IMG/VR virus record: IMGVR_UViG_3300032050_000181
Coordinates: 1-53,537 of that record
Direction: 5' to 3' (one strand)
Length of the DNA stretch: 53,537 bases
Source: a virus
Lineage: Duplodnaviria; Caudoviricetes
Under the pieces are notes generated by a model. It did no database searches. It was given only the letters and a program-made list of their open reading frames with translations, and was not told the DNA's origin. Position numbers and translations under genes: made by a program. Below, one piece after another: positions 45,050-53,537 of this stretch. Position 1 is the first letter of the stretch. Each line of letters starts with the position of its first letter.

Positions 45050-45432
45050 TACTCATAAATTTTAGGATTTTGCTTCCCATAATTCCTCATTATAACACCA
45101 GCAACGCTATTTGCTTCATTCTCAAAGTCACTGCCAGTTTCGCCAGCATTTCGGGTTAAAATTCCCTTCAAGTTTTGCTGATGATGAACCATTTCGTGAG
45201 CCAAAGTGCGAAGCACGTCAGCTAGGTGACGACCACCTGTATTTAAATAGATTTTCTTTTCGCTTGGACTATACCCACCGAAACTTTTGTTTTCAATTGC
45301 AACGTTTTTGTCTGGGATCAACTCAAGTGCAGGCATTTCTTCAAGTTGCAGGAAGTCGCGAACATAGTTCATAAAGTCATCTATGTGCTCGGTCTTTTCT
45401 TCTTCCTTCAGGTACTGTTTGAACTTCAACAT
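45049..45432 (-). CDS. zincin metallopeptidase-like protein with capsid-targeting-like N-terminus
   Basis: RTLAHEMVHHQQ...ENEAN; starts MLKFKQYLKE. Confidence 0.75.
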   Translation of the reverse strand: MLKFKQYLKEEEKTEHIDDFMNYVRDFLQLEEMPALELIPDKNVAIENKSFGGYSPSEKKIYLNTGGRHLADVLRTLAHEMVHHQQNLKGILTRNAGETGSDFENEANSVAGVIMRNYGKQNPKIYE

Positions 45433-46039
45433 TGAGTTTATAAACCTTTTTTAAGAATTTTTTCCAAACTTTAGGATCGGCAGTACGAAAGTGCATACGA
45501 TACATAAAGATCGCTTCGCTTTCTCGCCAACCTATTTTATGGGCTGCTCTTAATTTATTTATATTCAATCTTTCGGCTTGAGTTTCGTATGCATGAGCGT
45601 CCAATTCGTCTGGATTCCCATAATACATCGCCTTCAATTTATGCTGTTTTGGTTTAGGTTTATACTCTTTCTGTATGAGCCAATGACGCCCTCTTTGCTG
45701 ATGTTTATGGCGATACTCATGATGAATAGCCCGAACAATCTTTATCGCCAGGTTTTTAGCACCCTTTTGAGTTATGATCGCCTTTTTAACTTCTTTTGGA
45801 AAGTTTAATTGAATGTATATGTGTTCGGGGATAATATCCCGTATTCGATAACAATAATGACCGTTTACAATTACATTATGATCTGGATAGTATTCTTCGT
45901 CAAATCGACCTGAAGAAAAACAAACAATGTACTTCTTAAAGGCAGCATTTAACTCGCGGATCATAGAGGGAATATGCTTTTCGCCGACCCAATTTTCGGC
46001 AAGAGCAAAAACCTTCTTTTCGATCCGCTCTAACTTCAT
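45377..46039 (-). CDS. zincin metallopeptidase-like protein
   Basis: HEYRH.HQ...YYGNPDELDAHA. Confidence 0.7.
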   Translation of the reverse strand: MKLERIEKKVFALAENWVGEKHIPSMIRELNAAFKKYIVCFSSGRFDEEYYPDHNVIVNGHYCYRIRDIIPEHIYIQLNFPKEVKKAIITQKGAKNLAIKIVRAIHHEYRHKHQQRGRHWLIQKEYKPKPKQHKLKAMYYGNPDELDAHAYETQAERLNINKLRAAHKIGWRESEAIFMYRMHFRTADPKVWKKFLKKVYKLNVEVQTVPEGRRKDRAHR

Positions 46040-47421
46040 ACCTTGATGCCGCTAAACTTGTTCTTTGGTTTCTCGTATGACCCGCCGCGATCTAACTCTT
46101 GCCCAGAGTCAGCCAAGGTAGTTTGAGCAGCAGCCTCTACGTCGTATAGTTTCATCTTGGAACGATCAACTCCCACAACGAACCTTTTATTTAGGGTCGG
46201 GTCGTTATAACGATTCTTCAACTGCTTCACCATAATGTGATTCAGTTTTTCTAATTCCTCAGAAGTGATAAGCGCAAACATAAAGTCAGCCGTCGCAGGG
46301 AGACCGAACGACTCTGAAGTATCTTCCAAGCCAGGATCGGTATTGGTATAACCTGAACGAGTCGTTTGAGTAGCCGAAACGATCGGAACCTTAAACTCAA
46401 CTGCCAAGCCGCGAAGTTCCTCGGCGATGGCTTTAATGTAAGAATACGAGTTTACGTTAGCGCCATGTTTCAGACGAGCAGAGGCGCAAATATTCAAATA
46501 GTCGATGAATACGATATCTGGCTTGAAGTTCTTTTTGATTGCCAATTCATTCAACAGAGTACGGAAGTGAATAGAACCTGCCGATGCCGTCGGGTATTCT
46601 TTAATGATCAACTTACCCTTGATGTTCTCTTTAATACGAGAGATCTTTCTTTCGTAAGTATCTTTCGGAAGATTGGCAAGGTCATCAAGTTTGACGTTAA
46701 GAAGATTCGCGTCAATGCGCTCGGCGATTTTTTCTTCAGCCATTTCAAGGGTAATGTATAGAACGTTATAGTTCTGACTCAACGCACCTGCTGCCACATG
46801 GCACATGAACAAAGACTTACCGACACCTGTACCAGCAAGTGCAATATTCAAAGTCTTGGTTGGCAATCCACCCTTTGTAATGCGATTGAAGAAGTCAAGA
46901 TCAAACGGAATGCGCTTTTCAACTTGATGATAAAAGTCAAATCGCTTTGATGCATCTTCAATATAGTCGTGACCGATATTAGGATCGAAGGATACTGAAA
47001 GCGCATCTGAAAGAATTTTAGGAATTGCGCCTTTAGTCTTGTCGCTCTTTTCATCAAGAATATGAATAGACTCAAGAATAGCATTATGAAGTGCTTTCTC
47101 TTGACAAAACTTTTCGGTCAGTTCAATAAGCCATTCAAGTTTACTTGAGTCATCACTCGCTTGAAGATTATCAATCAATTCATTTGATTGACGGAAATCT
47201 TCTTCGAATAAATTATCTCTCTGCGTAAGAGAGATATTGATGGCTTCAAACGAAGGAAGATTATTATACTTTAGAACATAACTCTGAACTTCTTCAAAAA
47301 CGATCTTTTCAATTCTTTCTTGAAAGTACTCGCTTTTTAGAAACGGAAGAGTTTTTCTTACGAACTGCTCGTTTTTGAACAGGTTCTTCAATATAATCTG
47401 TTCGATCTTCGTCAAATTCAT
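46036..47421 (-). CDS. 41: T4-like replicative helicase gp41 (DnaB family)
   Basis: AGTGVGKS, YITLEM, IIKEYPT, IDYLNI, TSESFGLP, KNRY. Confidence 0.96.
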   Translation of the reverse strand: MNLTKIEQIILKNLFKNEQFVRKTLPFLKSEYFQERIEKIVFEEVQSYVLKYNNLPSFEAINISLTQRDNLFEEDFRQSNELIDNLQASDDSSKLEWLIELTEKFCQEKALHNAILESIHILDEKSDKTKGAIPKILSDALSVSFDPNIGHDYIEDASKRFDFYHQVEKRIPFDLDFFNRITKGGLPTKTLNIALAGTGVGKSLFMCHVAAGALSQNYNVLYITLEMAEEKIAERIDANLLNVKLDDLANLPKDTYERKISRIKENIKGKLIIKEYPTASAGSIHFRTLLNELAIKKNFKPDIVFIDYLNICASARLKHGANVNSYSYIKAIAEELRGLAVEFKVPIVSATQTTRSGYTNTDPGLEDTSESFGLPATADFMFALITSEELEKLNHIMVKQLKNRYNDPTLNKRFVVGVDRSKMKLYDVEAAAQTTLADSGQELDRGGSYEKPKNKFSGIKV

Positions 47422-47830
47422 TATCTACTCCCCTCAACTCTTGTTCTAAAGATTTCATTCTGTCGTCGGCTGCCTTAATTGCATCTTCAAGAACAACCAA
47501 TAAAATGTCACCAGTTATTTTATTAAATCCTTCATCAAGAGTCAAGTCGCGTTTAAATTTACTGGGCTGTTGAATAACATCAACATCAAAAGTGGCTTTC
47601 GCTGAACCGTCTGGTAAAGTCTCACCAACTTTAATTGCGCCAATAGAGAATACAACATCTTTGTACTTACCTTTAAGAATTTTAAAGGCAGCGACATGAT
47701 TTTCATTTTGATATAGTTTATCGTCAGAGTAGATTTCATAAAATCTTCCTCTACGATATTTGTAATCGCGATACCACGTATTGAATTTGTCACGAAGATT
47801 ATTCAGCATCTTCCTGTTCCTTAACAACAT
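47309..47830 (-). CDS. gp40-like head vertex assembly chaperone
   Basis: Sits between uvsX and 41 as in T4; FKILKGKYKDVVF...GDIL motif. Confidence 0.6.
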   Translation of the reverse strand: MLLRNRKMLNNLRDKFNTWYRDYKYRRGRFYEIYSDDKLYQNENHVAAFKILKGKYKDVVFSIGAIKVGETLPDGSAKATFDVDVIQQPSKFKRDLTLDEGFNKITGDILLVVLEDAIKAADDRMKSLEQELRGVDNEFDEDRTDYIEEPVQKRAVRKKNSSVSKKRVLSRKN

Positions 47831-48857
47831 CTAGGTTGCCAGCAACTGCTGAACTGAATTGATAGTTTTTACGAATCCATTCCTTAAAGGCATCATCAGC
47901 AAGAATGCTATCCCAGAATTCAGGACATTCGGTGTCAGCCAAACGCCACTTCTTCGCATCAACTTCACCAGTGCCAGTATTGACCTTTGCGTACCAACCG
48001 ACATTTGGCTTGGTGACGTGACCAGATTCTAGAGCCATTTCAAGAAGACCGCTATACTTGCTAATGCCACCGTCAAAACGAACAGTAACAGGAATCTTTG
48101 CCTTCTCTCTAACATATCGAGACTTTTCAACATTAATAATAAAATTGTACCCAATGAGATCTTGTCCATCTTTTTCCTGCTGGCGTCCGAGAATATAAAT
48201 GTTATCAGCCGAGTAATAGGAACCTGTTCCGCCACCGACGATGTCTTTTGGATACAAACCGATTTCCTTATAGGTGTGGTTGACTACAACCATCGGAATG
48301 TCCTTCAAGGTGAGGTGTGGGGTCACCATACGGAACAGGGATTTTATTTGCTTTGCGCGACTCATATCAGCAACTGACTTCTGATCTAGCGCGTCCTCAA
48401 CTTCTTTCTTAGAAGCAAGGTTGCCGATAGAATCGATGACGATCATAACACGTTCGCCGCGCTCGATCTGAGTCAACTGCTGCATAATATCAAACTTCAA
48501 TTGTTCAACATCCGTAATCGGAGTGTGAACAACGCGATCAGTGTCGATACCAAACGAAGTGAAATAGTTTTGCGGAGTACCGAACTCTGAATCATAGAAA
48601 AGAACAACTGAATCGGGATACTTATCTTGGTATGCCTTTACCATCAAAAGACTGAATGCAGTTTTGAAGTGCTTTGAAGGACCAGCCCACATGGTGAGAC
48701 CAGGAGTGAAACCACCATCAAGGTCGCCAGAGAACGCAACGTTCACGACTGGAATCTTTGTTTGAATCATGTCCTTTGCAGCAAAGAACTTGGAACGAGC
48801 AAGAATTGCAGAATCCTTAATCGTCGAATTTTTCTTAATCTTATCAAGTAAACTCAT
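47799..48857 (-). CDS. uvsX: RecA-like recombinase UvsX
   Basis: AGPSKHFKT, YDSEFG, DSIGNLASKKE, VVNHTY, VGGGTG. Confidence 0.96.
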   Translation of the reverse strand: MSLLDKIKKNSTIKDSAILARSKFFAAKDMIQTKIPVVNVAFSGDLDGGFTPGLTMWAGPSKHFKTAFSLLMVKAYQDKYPDSVVLFYDSEFGTPQNYFTSFGIDTDRVVHTPITDVEQLKFDIMQQLTQIERGERVMIVIDSIGNLASKKEVEDALDQKSVADMSRAKQIKSLFRMVTPHLTLKDIPMVVVNHTYKEIGLYPKDIVGGGTGSYYSADNIYILGRQQEKDGQDLIGYNFIINVEKSRYVREKAKIPVTVRFDGGISKYSGLLEMALESGHVTKPNVGWYAKVNTGTGEVDAKKWRLADTECPEFWDSILADDAFKEWIRKNYQFSSAVAGNLDVVKEQEDAE

Positions 48858-48869
48858 TTGTATCTCTCC

Positions 48870-51422
48870 TTATGAGAAGAAGTCATCTAGGGAATTTGTT
48901 TTCTCGCTTTTCCAATTAATACTATTCAACACAATAGTCAATGGGTCAAGAAATGATTTCTGGAATTGAGTATCATAATCTAGATACGGTCCCAAGTCAA
49001 ATTCTTTTGGGATAGTTGTTAGGAACGAGATCACACTACACTGTAATGGATTTGGTTCTTTTACATAAAGGAATTTGATCTTTTCGCCTTCTTTGATTTC
49101 TTGATACTTCTTTTCAAGACCCTTTGAACGGATCGCATTATTAAAAATAAGCGCACCCTTAACATGAATTGGTGTACCTTTCGCATAAACACTATTTTTG
49201 TCAGCATATTCTTTTACACCATTCACTGATCGTGGAAACGCAATATCTTCAACAGGCAACGATTTAAAATGTCGACGGAAATCTGCAATGAACTGAATCA
49301 AAGCGTCTTGATCTTTTGTAAGAATAACTTCAAACGCTTCTTTAATCTTTTCACGACAAGCGTTCGGCGTTGATGACTTAACTGCTTCAAGACCCATGAT
49401 CTTCAATTTAGGCTTCTTGTATTCAACGCCTTCGTTATTATACACGTTGATCAAATATCTTTTCTTCGCAGTCCAGATTGCTTTATCCGCAAGAGCCTCG
49501 CGCTTCATCTTCATCTTCTGCGCATAAGCATTTACATATTCAGACAACTGTTGATACGAAGAATCAATATATGGCTGAAGTTTCTGTTCACAAAACTGAT
49601 CCATCGCACGAATGATCTTAAGACGATCAACCTTATCAATATTTGGAATAGACTTTTTAATCATCGGACCAAGATTCAAGTAGATTGAATCGGTATCAGA
49701 AGCAATTACATAATCAGCATTTCGCGTTTTAAGAATCTTATTGATGTAATCGTTAAGTTGATTTTCAATCCAACGAATTGATAACTGACCGCTCAAAGTA
49801 ATCGCTTCAGCAATACGAATATCAAAGAAACGGAAGTACTGATTACCGATAGCACCGTAAGCAGAATTCAGCGTAACCTTTTTAGCCAACTGAATGTTAT
49901 TGAACTTTGCTATTTGCTTTTCAAGTTCGCGTTTCTCAGATTCAGAGACAGACTTCTCAAGCAACTTCTTTGCTTCCGTAGCCTTGTTCTTATACATGGC
50001 GCGATCTTCATACATGCGCTCCATGATTTCAGACAAGAATCCTTGCTTACTGATATCAAACAACTGACCGTTTGGAGTCAGAGTTACTTTCAGTTTTTTC
50101 AAATCGGCTGTTGGAATATTACCAGCGAGTAATGAATCAACATTGATCTTACTACCATACGCTGCCATATAATTGCGCATGTCTGGCGTATAGTCTTTCG
50201 GTTCAATGAGCATCTCTGGCGAAAGATTATATTGCATGATCAAGTGAGGATACAGACTGTTCAAGTCAAACGATGCAACCCATTCATGCATACCAAGGAT
50301 CGGATCCTTAACGAACGCACCAGCATATTGACTATCCTTCGCTGAGTTTTTGCGAGGAGGAATAACCATATGCTTGGCTTTAAGGGTATTGTATGTGATC
50401 GTATCCCACATTCTTACCTGCGAGAATACGTCATCATAGTTTACCTTGGCGTCATATGCCAGAGTCATCGCCAGTTCAATCAATCGAATTTTATCTTCAA
50501 GTTTCTGAACAAGTTCTACGTCGCGAATATTATACTCGATGAACTTCTGATAATCCAAACGATACAATTGATGCAGATTTTCGTATTCAGAATAATCGAG
50601 TTTACGTTCACCTAATTCAACGCTGCAGATATGATCGAGTTTGTATGACTCTTGGTTTGGATTTGACGAATACTTACGATACAATTCGTAATAGTCAAGA
50701 ATGGCAATACCCATCAAGTCATAACAAACTTGAACCTTACCTCTGAAGTTTACTTCGCTTGAAGAAACTTTACCCCATGGAGAAAGTTTCAACGCCTTAT
50801 CCTCGCCAAAAAGGCGAGTGATGCGCTTTACGAGATAAGGGAAGTCGAAGAAGCGAACGTTCCAGCCACTCACAATATCAGGATAATATAAAGTCCACTT
50901 GTCGATGAACTTTTCAATCAGTTCAAATTCATCCTGACATTTGATATACTCTGTATTCTCAAATGTATTATTGAACTCACCACAACCAAAGACATAGTTG
51001 CGACCATTCATTCCAAGAGTGATTGCTGTAACTTCTTCGTTTGCTTTACTTGGTTCAGGGAAGCCATTCTCAGAACCCACCTCAATGTCGATATATGCAA
51101 CGCAGATATGAGTCAAGTCCCAATCAATTTCCTCTGGGAAGATATCTGAGATAAAAGCATATTCAAAACGGTTTGATCCATAAATTTCAAAGTTGTTTAC
51201 ATCTTTGAATTCTTCTATAAACGATCTGGCTTCGCGAATAGATTTGAATGTCTTTTCTTCAACATACTCTTTGTTTAGAGTTTGCCATTTGGTCGGTGTT
51301 TGAGACTTCACATACAACTTTGGATTGTAGTGAACTTTTTTGCGGAATCGTTTACCGTCTTTAATTCCGCGAAACAACACATTGTCGCCTATAAGGGCGA
51401 CATTAGTGTAGAATGCACTCAT
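48870..51422 (-). CDS. 43: family B DNA polymerase gp43
   Basis: DIEV exonuclease motif, SFDLNSLYP, KVTLNSAYG, SDTDS, KKRY; C-terminal clamp peptide SLDDFF. Confidence 0.97.
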   Translation of the reverse strand: MSAFYTNVALIGDNVLFRGIKDGKRFRKKVHYNPKLYVKSQTPTKWQTLNKEYVEEKTFKSIREARSFIEEFKDVNNFEIYGSNRFEYAFISDIFPEEIDWDLTHICVAYIDIEVGSENGFPEPSKANEEVTAITLGMNGRNYVFGCGEFNNTFENTEYIKCQDEFELIEKFIDKWTLYYPDIVSGWNVRFFDFPYLVKRITRLFGEDKALKLSPWGKVSSSEVNFRGKVQVCYDLMGIAILDYYELYRKYSSNPNQESYKLDHICSVELGERKLDYSEYENLHQLYRLDYQKFIEYNIRDVELVQKLEDKIRLIELAMTLAYDAKVNYDDVFSQVRMWDTITYNTLKAKHMVIPPRKNSAKDSQYAGAFVKDPILGMHEWVASFDLNSLYPHLIMQYNLSPEMLIEPKDYTPDMRNYMAAYGSKINVDSLLAGNIPTADLKKLKVTLTPNGQLFDISKQGFLSEIMERMYEDRAMYKNKATEAKKLLEKSVSESEKRELEKQIAKFNNIQLAKKVTLNSAYGAIGNQYFRFFDIRIAEAITLSGQLSIRWIENQLNDYINKILKTRNADYVIASDTDSIYLNLGPMIKKSIPNIDKVDRLKIIRAMDQFCEQKLQPYIDSSYQQLSEYVNAYAQKMKMKREALADKAIWTAKKRYLINVYNNEGVEYKKPKLKIMGLEAVKSSTPNACREKIKEAFEVILTKDQDALIQFIADFRRHFKSLPVEDIAFPRSVNGVKEYADKNSVYAKGTPIHVKGALIFNNAIRSKGLEKKYQEIKEGEKIKFLYVKEPNPLQCSVISFLTTIPKEFDLGPYLDYDTQFQKSFLDPLTIVLNSINWKSEKTNSLDDFFS

Positions 51423-51718
51423 ACGATCAATTGTTTAGGAGGGGTGACGATTCCACCGAACATTGAGCTGTAAGTGTTTTTAACTTCGTCCGTTGGGTTA
51501 CCCATTGTGACTACGTTACTCAGTCCTATTGAAACGAGCCTCTCGCCCTCTATCAGACTACACCAAGGCATGAAGCCAAACGTGAAACCGTCTTGTGATG
51601 GGCGAATAACAATTGCTAGCGGATTCTTTAATGTGATGAGCGTTTCATCTTCAAGAGTTACCTCACCAATAATCTCTTCACCTGTAATTAATTTAAGAAT
51701 TTTAATATTCATTTTCAT
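51419..51718 (-). CDS. Sm-like domain phage protein
   Basis: KLITGEEIIGEV...LKNP...PW...GIVTP, immediately before gp43. Confidence 0.7.
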   Translation of the reverse strand: MKMNIKILKLITGEEIIGEVTLEDETLITLKNPLAIVIRPSQDGFTFGFMPWCSLIEGERLVSIGLSNVVTMGNPTDEVKNTYSSMFGGIVTPPKQLIV

Positions 51719-51983
51719 TTCCTGTTTTTCTTTGTTTGGACATTGCCTTCCATCTCCTTACAGTAGGAGTGGTTTCAACTTCCTCTGGCGTCTCTATTAT
51801 AACTCTTTCGTAACCGTCAAGCAAGGTTTTTTCCTTTATACTTCTCGGTAAATTGTTACAATAAAACACATCGTTGTGCATTGTCCAGGTATCTTTTCCA
51901 ACTTTAAGATACCAACCCTGAAACTCTTTGATTTTTATTTCGTTGCGAGCGAAGTAATCACGCAACTCAGAAAGAGAGTGCAT
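51702..51983 (-). CDS. hypothetical protein
   Basis: 93-aa ORF coupled to its neighbours. Confidence 0.65.
   Translation of the reverse strand: MHSLSELRDYFARNEIKIKEFQGWYLKVGKDTWTMHNDVFYCNNLPRSIKEKTLLDGYERVIIETPEEVETTPTVRRWKAMSKQRKTGNENEY
51796..51824 (-). promoter_or_regulatory. intragenic sigma70-type promoter for the Sm-like/gp43 operon
   Basis: TTGCTT-17 nt-TATAAT. Confidence 0.55.
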
Positions 51984-52189
51984 TATTCACCATCAGATGC
52001 GTCGCGATTCTCTGACGATTGTCGCTTCATCTTGAATCCAACATGATTAGCATGAGCAGCCATCATTGCTCGACGAAGATCACCACGTGCATGTTGATCA
52101 CCAGTCCAGCCATAAACTTGACCCATTGTAAGCATACGCTTGATGCTGCGTGGGAGTTTAGCGTTAAAAAAATCACTACGATTAGCCAT
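51983..52189 (-). CDS. small hypothetical protein
   Basis: 68-aa ORF with AGGTG SD, overlapping both neighbours. Confidence 0.7.
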   Translation of the reverse strand: MANRSDFFNAKLPRSIKRMLTMGQVYGWTGDQHARGDLRRAMMAAHANHVGFKMKRQSSENRDASDGE

Positions 52190-52778
52190 TTAATTCACCT
52201 TTATCAATTATCATTAAAATACTGTCGCTCTTTTCGTCAATTTGACGAAGGTCGAACACTTTAATACATTTTTGCAATTCACTTGGTACTGCATCTGATA
52301 GTTGACGCAACCAACTGTACTCAACAATGTCCTCAATACACATTATACCATTATCTGACAATTTACTCAAATAATTTTTTACACAAAACAACATTGTATC
52401 TAAAGTATGGGGACCATCATCGATGATGATATCAAAGTAGTCGTCTTTAAAAAGGTTTAATGTTTCATTTTTGTAAGCATCACCAACAATTTCAATTATT
52501 CTTGACTGATGATCCAATTTGTCACAGTGTTTGATATCAATTCCAACAACTGTTGCTTCAGGAAAGTAATCTCTCCACAACAGATGTGAACCGCCAGTAT
52601 ACACTCCTATCTCAAGAATGTTTTTTGTTAGTCGGAATCGTTTGAACAATTCACCATATGCACTTTCAACATATGAGTGTTTTTTATCCACCCAAGTGCA
52701 TATCGTGTTGTCTGTAGAAAATTTATCTGTGTCGTATTTGTTTGTGCGACACAATTCAAGTAGTTCAGTACTATTCAT
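52182..52778 (-). CDS. class I SAM methyltransferase (sugar O-methyltransferase-like)
   Basis: ILEIGVYTGGS, VGIDI, FDIIIDDGPH, IEDI. Confidence 0.82.
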   Translation of the reverse strand: MNSTELLELCRTNKYDTDKFSTDNTICTWVDKKHSYVESAYGELFKRFRLTKNILEIGVYTGGSHLLWRDYFPEATVVGIDIKHCDKLDHQSRIIEIVGDAYKNETLNLFKDDYFDIIIDDGPHTLDTMLFCVKNYLSKLSDNGIMCIEDIVEYSWLRQLSDAVPSELQKCIKVFDLRQIDEKSDSILMIIDKGELNG

Positions 52779-53490
52779 TTAGTGCCTTCTCGCAACGAGC
52801 CCAAAACATTTCTTGATTACCTGGATGAGCAATTTGGAAATTATGATAATAAAGGGGACCATGTTCTTCTGTCCCGAATGTTGTGCCAATACCATAAACT
52901 GGCATACCATCTTTCAACGCCCAATGTGGGTTTTGATCTTTTTCCCATCCATATTTGTGAGGCGCTTTATCGTAAGAAAGTGGCATAACAAGTTCAACAG
53001 GCATATTCGCAGCCTCTGCAAGCCAAGTATATTCTTCGGCAACATCAGATCGCATAGTTTCCTGAGCAGATGGTTTCCCAATTTTCAAAAAAGTTTCTCG
53101 AGAAAGAGCGATGGCAGAAGGGGCAGCAAATAGATGTTGATCGTTCTCAATATGATTTGAACGTTGAACATTTCCAATAATTTTTCCTGCTGCAGCCTGT
53201 TCAAGATAGTAATCAATCGAATGTTCGCTTAATGGAATACAATCAATATCAAGAATTAAAATTACGTCATGATCCAACTCTTGTTTAATTTGAGCTGAGG
53301 ACATATAATCTGGCGCAGCGCCATTAACAGTCCAAAAATAATCAATAAACTGACCATGAGTTGGTTGACCTTTTACTTGATATAGAGGCACTTTAGATTT
53401 GTTGAATTTTTCAACAACTGCTCTTTGCAGTTCTGGTGTTTTATCCAGAATGTTGCCCATAAAGTAAGTTACGATACATGGATTTTTCAT
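52771..53490 (-). CDS. putative GT-A fold nucleotide-diphospho-sugar transferase
   Basis: ILILDIDCIP (DxD after a beta strand), SDVAE, YYHNFQ; adjacent to a methyltransferase. Confidence 0.55.
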   Translation of the reverse strand: MKNPCIVTYFMGNILDKTPELQRAVVEKFNKSKVPLYQVKGQPTHGQFIDYFWTVNGAAPDYMSSAQIKQELDHDVILILDIDCIPLSEHSIDYYLEQAAAGKIIGNVQRSNHIENDQHLFAAPSAIALSRETFLKIGKPSAQETMRSDVAEEYTWLAEAANMPVELVMPLSYDKAPHKYGWEKDQNPHWALKDGMPVYGIGTTFGTEEHGPLYYHNFQIAHPGNQEMFWARCEKALNE

Positions 53491-53537
53491 TTTGTACTCT
53501 CTAGTTTGTCTATTTCAGAAGAAAGATCAATCGTTAA
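53487..53537 (-). CDS. 3' end of an upstream gene cut by the window edge
   Basis: Open frame LTIDLSSEIDKLESTK ending in an ATGA overlap. Confidence 0.4.
   Translation of the reverse strand, partial: LTIDLSSEIDKLESTK

Noticed and set aside
46036-51422. Inteins or introns in gp43, UvsX or gp41 (also checked nrdJ and thyX)
   Set aside because: The ORFs are uninterrupted and of normal length, with no splicing motifs
1-53537. Stop-codon reassignment or tRNA genes
   Set aside because: The standard code gives near-complete coding density with TAA, TGA and TAG all used as stops; I saw no cloverleaf in the few intergenic gaps (tRNAscan not run)

Overview
A 53.5-kb piece of a T4-like (Tevenvirinae-type) myophage genome. 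Essentially all real genes are on the minus strand, tightly packed and in the standard genetic code. Read in transcription order (right to left), it holds: (1) glycosyl/methyltransferase-like genes; (2) the T4 replication core (Sm-like, gp43, UvsX, gp40-like, gp41); (3) HExxH peptidases and a nuclease-like gene; (4) an rmlB-rmlA-NRS/ER-like nucleotide-rhamnose cassette; (5) a late cluster of probable capsid-internal proteins (ligase-like protein, HxGH nucleotidyltransferase/kinase fusion, polyproteins with repeated EEVEQVDE linkers, Dps); (6) a GH19+M15 double endolysin; (7) Gly-rich, collagen and LamG fibre genes; (8) a module of Sec-secreted proteins headed by an Asn/Thr repeat protein with a structured leader; (9) membrane proteins, a secreted nuclease and spanins; (10) gp61 primase, ThyX and class II RNR; (11) large glycosyltransferase/methyltransferase/oxygenase fusions and a GIY-YIG nuclease; (12) an early region with sigma70 promoters and IHF-consensus sites. 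Spanins and lipoproteins imply a Gram-negative host (inference). I saw no tRNA, rRNA, CRISPR array, intron or intein. All family calls come from recognising motifs by eye, not from database searches. The best candidates for undescribed systems are the capsid-targeted ligase/nucleotidyltransferase/kinase and polyprotein cluster (32.2-41.1 kb), the secreted Asn/Thr repeat module (17.2-22.6 kb), and a distributed rhamnose glycan-building pathway.
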